From Bacteroidota bacterium (GTDB lineage Bacteria > Bacteroidota > Bacteroidia > Bacteroidales > JADFUO01): a stretch of 45,565 bases of DNA. Positions within the stretch are counted from its first letter, which is position 1; every line of letters begins with the position of its first letter. The translations under genes were made by a program, and so were the position numbers. The notes beneath the pieces are model-generated. The model was not told where the DNA came from. It was given only the letters and a program-made list of their open reading frames with translations, and searched no databases. Of this stretch, positions 8,485 to 18,263 are shown piece after piece. The stretch lies in NCBI GenBank assembly GCA_030622635.1, contig JAUXFX010000003.1:1-45565 (forward strand), given 5' to 3'.

Positions 8485-11373
8485 TTGAAGGAAGAATTAC
8501 AAAATAATATTCAACAATTAAATGAAAAAAAGCCTGATTTTGAGGAAAACCTTGAAACTTATGGTGCCCGTGTTCATAACCTGAAAAATATTGATGTTGT
8601 TATTCCCCGAAACAAATTAGTAGTTATAACAGGTTTAAGCGGAAGCGGAAAATCCTCACTGGCATTTGATACGATCTATGCCGAGGGACAACGTCGTTAC
8701 ATGGAAACGTTTTCCTCTTATGCCCGCCAGTTTATTGGCAATCTTAAAAGACCTGATGTTGACAAAATAACCGGTTTGAGTCCGGTAATTTCAATAGAAC
8801 AAAAATCCATTAATCGTAATCCTCGTTCTACTGTTGGCACAATTACTGAAATTTATGATTTTCTGCGTTTATTATTTGCCCGTGTTGCTGAAGCTTATTC
8901 TTATGTTACAGGTGAAAAAATGGTAAGATACAGCGAGGAGCAGATCACAAAACTGATTATTGATAATTATTTAAACAAAAATATAATCATTCTTTCGCCG
9001 GTAGTTAAGGGCAGGAAAGGACATTACAGGGAGCTTTTTGAGCAAATTCGCAAACAGGGTTTTTTAAAAGTCAGAATTGATGGTGAAATTCAGGAAATTG
9101 GCTTTAGGTTACAACTTGACAGGTATAAAATTCATGATATTGAAATTGTTATTGATAAAATAAATGTAAGAGACGATGTGAAAAACCGTATCGGTAAATC
9201 AGTTCAAACAGCACTCAAACACGGAAAAGGCTCGTTGATGATTTTAGAAAATGAAACCAAAAAAATCAGGCATTTTAGCCGGTTACTGATGTGTCCGTCA
9301 TCCGGTATTTCTTATGATGAACCCGAGCCAAATATATTTTCTTTTAATTCGCCCTATGGTGCCTGTCCGAAATGCAATGGCTTAGGCAGCATCTCTGAAG
9401 TGGATTTAAATAAGATCATTCCTGATAAAACAAAAACCATAAGAAAAGGAGGTTTAGCACCTGCCGGAGAATATAAAAATAACTGGATATTCAGCCAGAT
9501 AGAAGCAATAGGCGAAAAATTCGGCTTTAACCTGAATACACCCATAAAAGATATTTCCGAAGAAGCAATAACTACGATTTTATACGGGTCAAATGAAACT
9601 TTTAATGTAAAAAAAGAATATTTAGGCGTAACTTCTACATATACCTTAAATTTTGAAGGTATAGTAAATTTTATCGTAAACCAATATAACGAAAACTCTT
9701 CAATAAGTATCAGAAGATGGGCAAAAAATTTTATGAACAAAATTGATTGTCCGTTATGCAATGGAAGCAGACTTAAAAAAGAGTCATTATATTTTAAGAT
9801 TGCAGGGGAAAATATTGCCGGACTGGCAAATAAAAATATTATTCATTTAGATGAATGGTTTTCAACTGTTGAAACAAAATTAAACGAAAGGCAGAAAATT
9901 ATTGCTCATGAGATTATTCGTGAAATCAGGACAAGGATACGATTTCTGCTTGATGTAGGAATTGATTACCTGACACTTAACAGAAGTGCAAGAAGCTTAT
10001 CGGGAGGGGAGTCGCAACGTATCCGGCTTGCAACACAAATCGGGTCGCAGCTTGTTGGTGTACTTTATATTTTGGATGAACCAAGCATCGGGTTGCATAA
10101 GCGTGATAATCTTAAATTAATTAATGCTTTAAAGGATTTGAGGGATATTGGAAATTCGGTTATTGTAGTTGAGCATGATAAAGAAACAATACTTTCGGCC
10201 GACCATGTGATTGATATAGGGCCGGGTGCAGGCATGCATGGCGGGAAAATTGTTGCTATCGGTTCACCCGATGTAATTGAAAAAAGCGAAACAATTACAG
10301 GCGAGTATCTTAGCGGTAAAAAGGAAATAAAAATACCCAAATTACGGCGTAATGGTAATGCGGAATTGATAACTCTTAAGGGTGCAAAAGGAAACAATTT
10401 AAAAGAAATTGAACTTAAATTACCTCTTGGGAAATTTGTTTGTGTAACCGGTGTTTCAGGCAGTGGAAAATCCACTTTAATCAATGAAACTCTTTATCCG
10501 ATTTTAAGCAGGCATTTTTACAACTCAAATAAAAAACCTTTAGCTTATCAATCAATTGAAGGACTGCAAAATATTGATAAAGTAATTGAAATTGACCAGT
10601 CGCCTATCGGGCGAACACCACGCTCAAATCCGGCTACTTATACAAAAGTTTTTGATGAGATAAGAAAATTATATGTACAACTTCCCGAATCAAAGATCAG
10701 AGGGTATAAACCCGGAAGATTTTCATTTAATGTAAAAGGCGGCAGATGTGAAACCTGTAAAGGCGCGGGAGTAAGAGTAATTGAAATGAACTTTCTGCCG
10801 GATGTTCATGTCCATTGCGAAACCTGTAACGGAAAAAGATACAACCGCGAAACTCTTGAAATCAGATACAAAGGAAAATCAATTAATGATGTTTTGAACA
10901 TGACAATCAATCAGGCAGTTGAGTTCTTTGAAAATATCCCTCATATTGTTCAAAAAATTAAAACTTTAAAAGAAGTCGGGCTTGGATATATCACACTTGG
11001 ACAGCAATCAACAACACTTTCGGGTGGTGAGGCACAAAGAGTAAAATTAGCTGCCGAGCTTTCAAAACGTGATACTGGTAAAACACTTTACATTCTTGAC
11101 GAACCTACTACAGGATTACATTTTGAAGATGTGAAAGTCCTGCTTGATGTATTGAACCGCCTTGTTGATAAAGGAAATACGGTAATTATTATTGAGCATA
11201 ATATGGAAGTAATAAAAGTTGCCGACCACATTATTGACCTTGGTCCCGAAGGCGGCGACAGGGGAGGAGAAATCATAACACAAGGCACACCTGAAGAAAT
11301 CATCAAAAATCCTAAAAGTTATACAGGGAAATATTTGAAGGAGGAGTTGGGAAATTACAGGGAACGAGAATAA
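8485..11373 (+). CDS. uvrA: Excinuclease ABC subunit A
   Basis: Two Walker A motifs ([18 protein letters not shown]), LSGGE signatures, CPKC/CPLC/CETC zinc fingers; TTG start. Confidence 0.98.
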   Translation: MKEELQNNIQQLNEKKPDFEENLETYGARVHNLKNIDVVIPRNKLVVITGLSGSGKSSLAFDTIYAEGQRRYMETFSSYARQFIGNLKRPDVDKITGLSPVISIEQKSINRNPRSTVGTITEIYDFLRLLFARVAEAYSYVTGEKMVRYSEEQITKLIIDNYLNKNIIILSPVVKGRKGHYRELFEQIRKQGFLKVRIDGEIQEIGFRLQLDRYKIHDIEIVIDKINVRDDVKNRIGKSVQTALKHGKGSLMILENETKKIRHFSRLLMCPSSGISYDEPEPNIFSFNSPYGACPKCNGLGSISEVDLNKIIPDKTKTIRKGGLAPAGEYKNNWIFSQIEAIGEKFGFNLNTPIKDISEEAITTILYGSNETFNVKKEYLGVTSTYTLNFEGIVNFIVNQYNENSSISIRRWAKNFMNKIDCPLCNGSRLKKESLYFKIAGENIAGLANKNIIHLDEWFSTVETKLNERQKIIAHEIIREIRTRIRFLLDVGIDYLTLNRSARSLSGGESQRIRLATQIGSQLVGVLYILDEPSIGLHKRDNLKLINALKDLRDIGNSVIVVEHDKETILSADHVIDIGPGAGMHGGKIVAIGSPDVIEKSETITGEYLSGKKEIKIPKLRRNGNAELITLKGAKGNNLKEIELKLPLGKFVCVTGVSGSGKSTLINETLYPILSRHFYNSNKKPLAYQSIEGLQNIDKVIEIDQSPIGRTPRSNPATYTKVFDEIRKLYVQLPESKIRGYKPGRFSFNVKGGRCETCKGAGVRVIEMNFLPDVHVHCETCNGKRYNRETLEIRYKGKSINDVLNMTINQAVEFFENIPHIVQKIKTLKEVGLGYITLGQQSTTLSGGEAQRVKLAAELSKRDTGKTLYILDEPTTGLHFEDVKVLLDVLNRLVDKGNTVIIIEHNMEVIKVADHIIDLGPEGGDRGGEIITQGTPEEIIKNPKSYTGKYLKEELGNYRERE

Positions 11374-11395
11374 TAATTTGTAGAATTTAGAATTT

Positions 11396-11460
11396 GTTTC
11401 ATGGTTTCATTGCTTCATTGCTTCATGGTTAAATTGTTGAATTGCTTAAACATTCCATTT
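11396..11460. repeat. Degenerate 8-bp tandem repeat (TTCATKGY)
   Basis: gtttcatggtttcattgcttcattgcttcatggttaaattgttgaattgct just after the uvrA stop. Confidence 0.7.
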
Positions 11461-11679
11461 CTTATTATATTACGACAGAGATAACTGTTTTAGAAATGGA
11501 ATGTTTTAGGTTGTAAACAATTTCAATAAATTTTTTTCTAATTCCCAAATCAAAAATTATATAATATTCTTTTGTTATAATAGAAATATTTAATATAATT
11601 GTGAAAAATAATATCCATGAGTGATTTTTTCAGTTATTGACTAAATTTAATAAATATATTAATCTAAAATTTTTATATC

Positions 11680-12131
11680 ATGAAAACAAAAAGTATGATT
11701 TTATTATTAGCTGCTTTATTTTTTTGCAGCGTATTAATTTTACAGTATGGATGTAAAAAAGATGAAGACGAACCCGAGCAAAATAAACCACCAACAGCCG
11801 TTTTCACAATTGATCCTACCTTAGGCCCAACTTCTACAATATTTGAATTTGATGCTTCTGGCTGTTTCGATCCGGAAGAACCAATTTCGGTGCTTAAAGT
11901 GCGCTGGGACTGGGAAAATAACGGAAACTGGGATACAGACTGGAGCAATGATAAAACTAAAAATCACCAATATAGCAGTGAAGATACTTATACTGTAAAA
12001 ATGGAAGTTAAGGATACTGAAGGTTTAACTGATAATACAACACATTCGTTAACAGTAGATAACAGCGGCGGAAGAGTAGTTGTCAAGGAATAAGTTCAAT
12101 AAGTTACCAGGGCAAGATTTACAAAAAATAA
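11680..12131 (+). pseudogene. PKD-domain lipoprotein, frameshifted and truncated at the start of a probable FISUMP (Fib_succ_major) domain
   Basis: Lipobox QYG-C, PKD motifs FDASGCFDPE, VRWDWENNGNWD, YTVKMEVKD; ORF stops at 12093, but the shifted frame 12075-12131 reads SSCQGISSISYQGKIYKK*. Confidence 0.6.
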
Positions 12132-12250
12132 TTTTTTGAGAAATGAAGATAAGCGAGATAGTAAAAGATGAAATCAATTGAGGAGGCGGATAGTTTTTGA
12201 TAAAATCAATAAATAGTTTCGTGAATATTTTGAAGTTTATAAATAGCACC

Positions 12251-12284
12251 TGTCATCCCGACGACCGAAGGGAGGAGGGAACTC
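12251..12284. repeat. REP-like GC-rich palindromic element (TGTCATCCCGAC...GAGGGA type)
   Basis: tgtcatcccgacgaccgaagggaggagggaactc; GC-rich island in AT-rich DNA resembling the widespread TGTCATCCYG...GGATCT extragenic repeats. Confidence 0.6.
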
Positions 12285-12396
12285 CATCGTCCTATACTGC
12301 TGCTACCAAAATACCTTGTCAACATATTACAGAAAAGTTAATAAAGTGCTTTGACGGCGGGTTGCCAAACAAAATAATTTTCAATCTTCTTTACTT

Positions 12397-13083
12397 TCAA
12401 AACGGATAATCCATAGTGTTTAACGGTGATGGTGGTAATGTTGGTGATGAAGGAAAGTTATGCGAAGGTCCGAAGTAAGGTTGAGGATAATAGGGATTTA
12501 CACCGTTTGAAACATTAATCTGCCCCCTGATAAATACATTTTCTCCGAGTTTATAATCAATGCCAAAAATAAATCCTTTTCTGTCAAAATTAAATTCCCG
12601 TGTAGCAGGATCAGGGACATTCAACAGGTTAATTTCTTTATATACAGCTCCTGTAAGCGTTACTTTTTCATTTAACCGGTAAGCTCCTTCAAGGTAAACA
12701 TAAGTTTGTGAAAATCCTGAGCCATGTATAGTAGACATATCGCTGTAAAAAGGATTGTAAGAATATCTGCCAAAATTATTATTAATAATTGCTCCGGCAT
12801 TCAGATTGAATCTTGGGCTAATACTGTAGCTTAAATGCGGAGCAAGATAAGTCCCGAAATAATTACCCGAACCGAATGTTGTTCCAAAGCTTGTTCCTAC
12901 TTCAACTCTAAGCTTAAGCTTTCTCTCTTTCAAAAAAGCAGCAATTTCTTCAGCATTGAAGTCTGAATTAGAATATTGAGTTGAATCATTTCCTGAATAC
13001 AAAAAATTGTTTCCTTCAGGGTTCTGGCTCAGAATCATCAAAGGAATAAATAAAATAAAAGCTATAAATAATTGTTTATACAT
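12397..13083 (-). CDS. Hypothetical exported protein, probable small outer-membrane beta-barrel
   Basis: Start at ATG 13083 gives a signal peptide (MYKQLFIAFILFIPLMILS-Q); alternating beta strands (YLEGAYRLNEKVTLTG, GIDYKLGENVFIRGQINVS); Pro-rich tail. Confidence 0.72.
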   Translation of the reverse strand: MYKQLFIAFILFIPLMILSQNPEGNNFLYSGNDSTQYSNSDFNAEEIAAFLKERKLKLRVEVGTSFGTTFGSGNYFGTYLAPHLSYSISPRFNLNAGAIINNNFGRYSYNPFYSDMSTIHGSGFSQTYVYLEGAYRLNEKVTLTGAVYKEINLLNVPDPATREFNFDRKGFIFGIDYKLGENVFIRGQINVSNGVNPYYPQPYFGPSHNFPSSPTLPPSPLNTMDYPF

Positions 13084-13128
13084 AGATGACAAAAATAAAA
13101 CAAAATTCAATAATAAAAAAATTCTGTT

Positions 13129-13136
13129 TACTTTTG
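13129..13136 (+). promoter_or_regulatory. Bacteroidota sigmaA -7 element (TACTTTTG); a divergent -7 box lies at 13090-13097 on the minus strand
   Basis: Exact TAnnTTTG matches on both strands of the short divergent spacer. Confidence 0.55.
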
Positions 13137-13145
13137 AAATTTAAA

Positions 13146-13880
13146 ATGAAAATGAAAATGGAAGAAATGATTAATAAAAAAGAAGAAGCCAAGATAAGAA
13201 AAGCATTCAAGGATAAAAACTGGAATGAAATAAAAACCTATGACTCATGGCAGATATTCAAAGTTATTGCCGAGTTTGTGGAAGGTTTTGAAAAATTATC
13301 CAGAATAGGTCCTTGCGTGTCAATATTTGGTTCGGCAAAAGCCAAGCACGGAAGCCGGTATTACAAAATGGCTGAAGAAATTGCTTATCTTTTAACAAAA
13401 AAAGGATTTGGTGTAGTTACCGGAGGTGGACCCGGAATTATGGAAGCTGCAAATAAAGGTGCTCATTTTTCAGGGGGAAAGTCCGTTGGTTTGAACATTA
13501 ATTTGCCTAACGAACAAACACCTAATATTTTTATTGACCCTGATAAATTATTGGAGTTTGATAATTTCTTTGTAAGAAAAGTTATGTTTATGAAATATTC
13601 TCAGGGTTATATTGTTTTGCCCGGTGGCTTCGGAACTCTTGATGAAGCCTTTGAAGCAATCACACTTATACAAACCCAGAAACTTGTCCATTTCCCAATT
13701 ATAATGGTTGTTAAAGATTACTGGAAAGGATTGGTTGATTGGATTAATGAAAAACTGCTTAAAGAAGAAAGTATCAGTCCTGAAGATATAAATATTTTCA
13801 AAATGGTTGACACACCCGAAGAAGCTGTGAAAAATATTGAAGAATTTTATAATAAATATGCTTTGAAACCGAATTTTTAA
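13146..13880 (+). CDS. LOG family protein (TIGR00730 Rossmann-fold nucleotide phosphoribohydrolase)
   Basis: VSIFGSA, TGGGPGIMEAANKGA, FFVRKVMF, PGGFGTLDE motifs; true start among ATGs at 13146-13167, downstream of the -7 box. Confidence 0.93.
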   Translation: MKMKMEEMINKKEEAKIRKAFKDKNWNEIKTYDSWQIFKVIAEFVEGFEKLSRIGPCVSIFGSAKAKHGSRYYKMAEEIAYLLTKKGFGVVTGGGPGIMEAANKGAHFSGGKSVGLNINLPNEQTPNIFIDPDKLLEFDNFFVRKVMFMKYSQGYIVLPGGFGTLDEAFEAITLIQTQKLVHFPIIMVVKDYWKGLVDWINEKLLKEESISPEDINIFKMVDTPEEAVKNIEEFYNKYALKPNF

Positions 13881-13915
13881 AAATTGTTTTTGCACTATAA
13901 AAACTTAACACTGTT

Positions 13916-14350
13916 TTGATTACAAATATCCCTATAAAAATAATAACGATTGAGAACGATGGATGCCATATATTGGTTATAGTGAAAATTAATGGTAAAA
14001 AGGCAAATCTGTTAATTGATACAGGTGCATCACGAACTGTATTTGACAGAACTAAAATCAAAAAATTTATTCCCAAAGATCATAAAGTTTTTAAAGATAA
14101 TGAAAAGCTTTCAACAGGCATTGGAACAAATAAACTTGAAAGTCAGGTAACAGTACTGAAAAAACTGGAATTAGGAGAGATTATTGTTAAAAATTACAAT
14201 GCTATTGTTCTTGACATGAAACATGTTATTCAATCGTACTCATCTTTGAAACTTCCTGTAATTGACGGTATTTTGGGCGGGGATTTGCTTGCTAAATACA
14301 AAGCAATTATTAATTATCAAGATAAGGTTTTAACTCTTACTTCTGCATAA
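13916..14350 (+). CDS. Retropepsin-like (clan AA) aspartyl protease
   Basis: LLIDTGASRTV catalytic motif and DGILGGDLL C-terminal motif. Confidence 0.88.
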   Translation: MITNIPIKIITIENDGCHILVIVKINGKKANLLIDTGASRTVFDRTKIKKFIPKDHKVFKDNEKLSTGIGTNKLESQVTVLKKLELGEIIVKNYNAIVLDMKHVIQSYSSLKLPVIDGILGGDLLAKYKAIINYQDKVLTLTSA

Positions 14351-16682
14351 TAAACTTTCTATTCACAATAAACTTTCTATTTGGGTTTTCAGAATCAGCA
14401 ATTATTTTACAATAATAAACACCATTGCTTAGATTTGAAATATCTATCCTTAATTTTTCTGCTGAACTGAAAACTTCTGATTTAACAGGTATTCCCAGCG
14501 AATTAAAGATATAAATTTCTATGTTCTTCAGACGATTGGGAAATGAGATATTTAAAATTTCTTTAACAGGATTAGGGAACAGATTAATTTTTATTTTGTT
14601 TGTTGTATTTTCAATTATTCCCGGACTGACATTTGGATTTTCAACACCTGCAAAATATTTTAAACCACCTGAATAATTACCAACAAGTAAGTCAAAATAT
14701 CCGTCATTATTTAAATCGGCAATTGCAGCACCGGTTCTAATTCCTGTTGAGATTTCAAAAGGAATAGAATCTATTAAAATATACAATGAATCGGATTCGG
14801 TAAAAGCACCCGTTAGATTATCTTCAATATCTTTAAAATAAAATATTTTTCCCTGTTCGGAACCGACAAGCAGTTTCATCTTATTCTGATTATCCCTGAA
14901 AAAACACGGAACACTATAACCAGAGTATGAAAAATTGTAATCCGTAACATTAACTTTTCCAAGACTGTCGGTTTCAAGAGTAAATATAGGGTTGGATGAT
15001 GTTCCTGTGTTTTTATAATAATTCAGGTTTCCTTTTTTTTCGCCGATTACAATGTCAATCAAATCATCTTCATTTATATCAATTAGCTGTGGAGTGCTGT
15101 ATTCGCCAACATCAATTTCCTGATAATTCAATTCAGATAATTCATATTCAGCAGGATTGCCTGAACCGGCTATATTTTCAAAATAAATAATTGTTCCATC
15201 AGCATTACCAATTAACATATCTTTATCGTCATCGCCATCAATATCACCAAAAGTCGGGAAAATGCCATCCAAATCAAGTGAAGATATATTTGCAAAATCA
15301 CGTGTAATTAGTTCAAAAGCAGGAACAGTATCAGTTCCGACATTCTCAAAAAGTGCAATTTTTGAAATATAATTTGAATGTAATATCAACCAATCGTCGT
15401 AATATGATGATTGATAATAACCGAAATTCCCGATAAATAAATCCGGCAAACCATCATAATTATAATCAAACAAGACAGGATATGCTCCGGAACCCACATC
15501 TATTGTTTCATCCTGTAAAAATTTATTTGTCTGGAAAGTAAACACGGGCGCATTATTCTGTCCGGAATTTTTATAAATCCACACACTTTTGTAATTTCTT
15601 GATGTAATAATACTTGGGTCAAAAGGTGAAACTATCAAATCCTTTAAGCCATCATTATCAACATCAAAATAATTTGCCAAGGGCATAGAAAACTGCCTGA
15701 CAGGCAACGAATTTGACGGAAATGAAGTATCCTGACTTATCATAAAGGCTTCATCGGGAGTTCCGCCATTGATCAGTTCAATTAAATTAGGATAATCAAC
15801 ATCACCAAGTACAAGGTCTTTATCATTATCACCATCCAGATCAATAACGAGAAAAGTTGAACCGGTGTGTCTTTGCCCTTTATCCCAATCCCTTTTTATC
15901 TCATTAATTTTATTATCAGCGGTTTTATCAAAACCACAATTTTTATAAAAACATGTGTCAAGATATACCACGTTAGATTCTTCATTCTCTGCAAACCTCC
16001 CCCAGCAATATTCGGTTTTAATAAAATCCAGCGAATCGGCTGTTCCGTATTTTTCCATTGACATGTTTTTGTGCATTTCAACAAATGAGCCCAGCCCCCA
16101 GAAAGTAAGAATATCCAGATCACCGTCATTATCCAAATCAGTAATTGCAGGATAATCGGCGTAAGTAACAAATATATTCACATAACCACCACTCTGAAAT
16201 GATGTAAGATAAGGAGAAATTATTAAATCAAATTTTAAATCCGTATCCGAGATATTTTTATAAACCTTCATACTTGCCCATCCAACCGAATAAGTGAAAA
16301 TATCCTCTTTTCCATCTAAATCATAATCTACAAGGATTGCCCAGTCAAAAAGCTCAGGAAATAAAAACTGATATTCAGGAGCATAAGAATAATCAATACA
16401 ATTTGGTGTTCCGTTATTTATAAAAGTCATAATCCTGTTTCCGTTCCTGTCAAAAACAAACAAATCCTTTATTCCATCCATGTTCATATCAATTTCAGCA
16501 AACTGGCATGAGTTAAAACCTCCTGTCCATGGGAATAAATAATTATCTTTATTTGGGCTTTTAACTTTTATGGGATTTTTTACATCTGAATTTAATTTGA
16601 AAATTAACTGGGCATGTGAACTTCTCCAGAAAGTCAGCAGGAAAAGAAAAAACAAAATGACAGATAAATGTTTTGGTTTCAT
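14337..16682 (-). CDS. FG-GAP/VCBS repeat beta-propeller protein with T9SS type A C-terminal sorting domain
   Basis: Signal peptide; many DxDxDGDxD repeats; C-terminal LFPNPV...IFNSLG...GVYYCKI...KFIMQK. Confidence 0.92.
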   Translation of the reverse strand: MKPKHLSVILFFLFLLTFWRSSHAQLIFKLNSDVKNPIKVKSPNKDNYLFPWTGGFNSCQFAEIDMNMDGIKDLFVFDRNGNRIMTFINNGTPNCIDYSYAPEYQFLFPELFDWAILVDYDLDGKEDIFTYSVGWASMKVYKNISDTDLKFDLIISPYLTSFQSGGYVNIFVTYADYPAITDLDNDGDLDILTFWGLGSFVEMHKNMSMEKYGTADSLDFIKTEYCWGRFAENEESNVVYLDTCFYKNCGFDKTADNKINEIKRDWDKGQRHTGSTFLVIDLDGDNDKDLVLGDVDYPNLIELINGGTPDEAFMISQDTSFPSNSLPVRQFSMPLANYFDVDNDGLKDLIVSPFDPSIITSRNYKSVWIYKNSGQNNAPVFTFQTNKFLQDETIDVGSGAYPVLFDYNYDGLPDLFIGNFGYYQSSYYDDWLILHSNYISKIALFENVGTDTVPAFELITRDFANISSLDLDGIFPTFGDIDGDDDKDMLIGNADGTIIYFENIAGSGNPAEYELSELNYQEIDVGEYSTPQLIDINEDDLIDIVIGEKKGNLNYYKNTGTSSNPIFTLETDSLGKVNVTDYNFSYSGYSVPCFFRDNQNKMKLLVGSEQGKIFYFKDIEDNLTGAFTESDSLYILIDSIPFEISTGIRTGAAIADLNNDGYFDLLVGNYSGGLKYFAGVENPNVSPGIIENTTNKIKINLFPNPVKEILNISFPNRLKNIEIYIFNSLGIPVKSEVFSSAEKLRIDISNLSNGVYYCKIIADSENPNRKFIVNRKFIMQK

Positions 16683-16717
16683 TGTAAATAGAAATAAAAG
16701 GTTAATAATATTAATTA

Positions 16718-16725
16718 CAAAGATA
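16718..16725 (-). promoter_or_regulatory. Bacteroidota sigmaA -7 element (TATCTTTG)
   Basis: Exact TAnnTTTG about 35 nt upstream of the FG-GAP gene start. Confidence 0.55.
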
Positions 16726-16767
16726 CTTATTTTTTAGGGAAATTGCAAGTATTACTTTTTTTAAACA

Positions 16768-16828
16768 GATACTTGATGCTCGATACCGGATGTCATAATC
16801 TTTTAACCAGAATCCAGAATCCAGAATC
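16768..16828. repeat. Facing 7-bp repeat arrays (GATRCYN x3 / CCAGAAT x3)
   Basis: gatactt gatgctc gataccg gatg ... ccagaat ccagaat ccagaat c. Confidence 0.7.
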
Positions 16829-16929
16829 ACTTTTTATAAAGCACAGCATCTCTGTACATTAAGGCAGTAACATCGTCGGTACTTTCTTCAACAGCATTAT
16901 TAAAACAGAAGCCGGAATTATATATCTTT

Positions 16930-18204
16930 TCATAATGGAACAACATTAAATGAAAAATCAATCGTTATTATAAAATGAAGCCCGTTATCTAAACCTATCC
17001 GAAAAGCTGTGAGCAACAAAAGAAACAAAATAATATATCCAATATTCAAGCTATACTTTCTTCGGATTTTTTTGTATATTTTATAGGGTTTTGCCATATC
17101 ATTAAAAAATACCGGAATTACCACAAAGGCAAGAGAGAAAAACATAAGAGTTTCGTAAGGATAATTAAAATTATTCGGAATTCTGATAATTATTAATATT
17201 AAGCTTCCAAGTAACCATGGAAGAAAAGCCTGGTTAAAAAGAAAAGTATTTCTTACACCCACTTTTACACGTTCAAGAGAATTAGAGGTGCTTAAAAATT
17301 TTGAAGTTGATTGATAACCTATTATTATTAAAATAAAGAATGCAATAAATATTAAAATAAATTTAAAAACTATTCCTAAATACAGCCATTCAACAACATA
17401 ACCAAAACCATCTGTTGTGACAATTCCGAGAATTAATGCACCTGCAAAATGATTGAAAGCATGTAGCGATATCCACAAAATAAAAAGTTTTTGTAAGCTC
17501 TTAAATCTTTTTAATTTAAAAAGATAATTAAAAAGGAACAGTCCGATTACCAAAGAAATAAATGGACCGGAAAAAGTGATAAAAATAATATTTAAACGTG
17601 ACCACAGTGGAGAAAGATCATCAAAATCAAGAGTAAAATAGTATAAAATGGAATCAATATTAAAAAGAGACGCACTTAAAATTACTGTAAGCTGGTAAAT
17701 GAAGTAAACTATAATATAAGAAATAATAAAAATTAAAGTTGAATTGAAAATATAATGATAGTTCTTTTTTAGTACGTTTTTTTGAATAATTTCTAAAACA
17801 ATTGCAAACAACTTATATTTTTCTTTGAGATTTTCAAGCCGTTCACTTGTATGAGGAACCCGGCTTTTCTTTTTTCTTTTTTTTGTTTCAGATTTTATTA
17901 ACTTTATATTTTCAAGTTCTTTTCTTTTATCCCTGTCTAAACGTTCACGCCTGTGTTTTGCCCTTATTCTTTTTCTTGCCTTTTCTTTCCTCTTCTTTTC
18001 GATACGCTCTTGTTTTCTTTGTGACCATTTACGCAAAAACAAGTCAAATGGATTTTTTGTTTTTTTATGCTTTTTTCTTCTTCTTTTTTTTATTTTTTTA
18101 ACAGGTTCATTTGTTTTTTCTTTTTCGTATAAATCTTGTACAGTAAATTTTGATTTTGTTTTTCTTCTATGATGACGGTTTAAAATTTTATCAAAAATAT
18201 TCAT
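16930..18204 (-). CDS. Hypothetical polytopic membrane protein with long Lys/Arg-rich N-terminus
   Basis: About 130 highly basic N-terminal residues followed by roughly 7 hydrophobic segments; ITFSGPFISL motif. Confidence 0.8.
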   Translation of the reverse strand: MNIFDKILNRHHRRKTKSKFTVQDLYEKEKTNEPVKKIKKRRRKKHKKTKNPFDLFLRKWSQRKQERIEKKRKEKARKRIRAKHRRERLDRDKRKELENIKLIKSETKKRKKKSRVPHTSERLENLKEKYKLFAIVLEIIQKNVLKKNYHYIFNSTLIFIISYIIVYFIYQLTVILSASLFNIDSILYYFTLDFDDLSPLWSRLNIIFITFSGPFISLVIGLFLFNYLFKLKRFKSLQKLFILWISLHAFNHFAGALILGIVTTDGFGYVVEWLYLGIVFKFILIFIAFFILIIIGYQSTSKFLSTSNSLERVKVGVRNTFLFNQAFLPWLLGSLILIIIRIPNNFNYPYETLMFFSLAFVVIPVFFNDMAKPYKIYKKIRRKYSLNIGYIILFLLLLTAFRIGLDNGLHFIITIDFSFNVVPL

Positions 18205-18241
18205 TTTAGCAATTTTATTTTTCGGTAAAGTTAATAAAATT

Positions 18242-18249
18242 TATTTTTG
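18242..18249 (+). promoter_or_regulatory. Bacteroidota sigmaA -7 element (TATTTTTG)
   Basis: Exact TAnnTTTG 14 nt upstream of the M23 ATG. Confidence 0.55.
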
Positions 18250-18263
18250 CAAAAAAAACCTTA

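Noticed and set aside
12049-12409. Small ORFs 12049-12249 (-) and 12197-12409 (+)
   Set aside because: No recognisable motifs; they span the decayed PKD tail and a REP-like element (CHPDDRREEG is the REP translation).
13916-14350. Retroelement suggested by a retropepsin-like protease
   Set aside because: Stand-alone clan AA proteases are common in Bacteroidota; no reverse transcriptase or integrase nearby.
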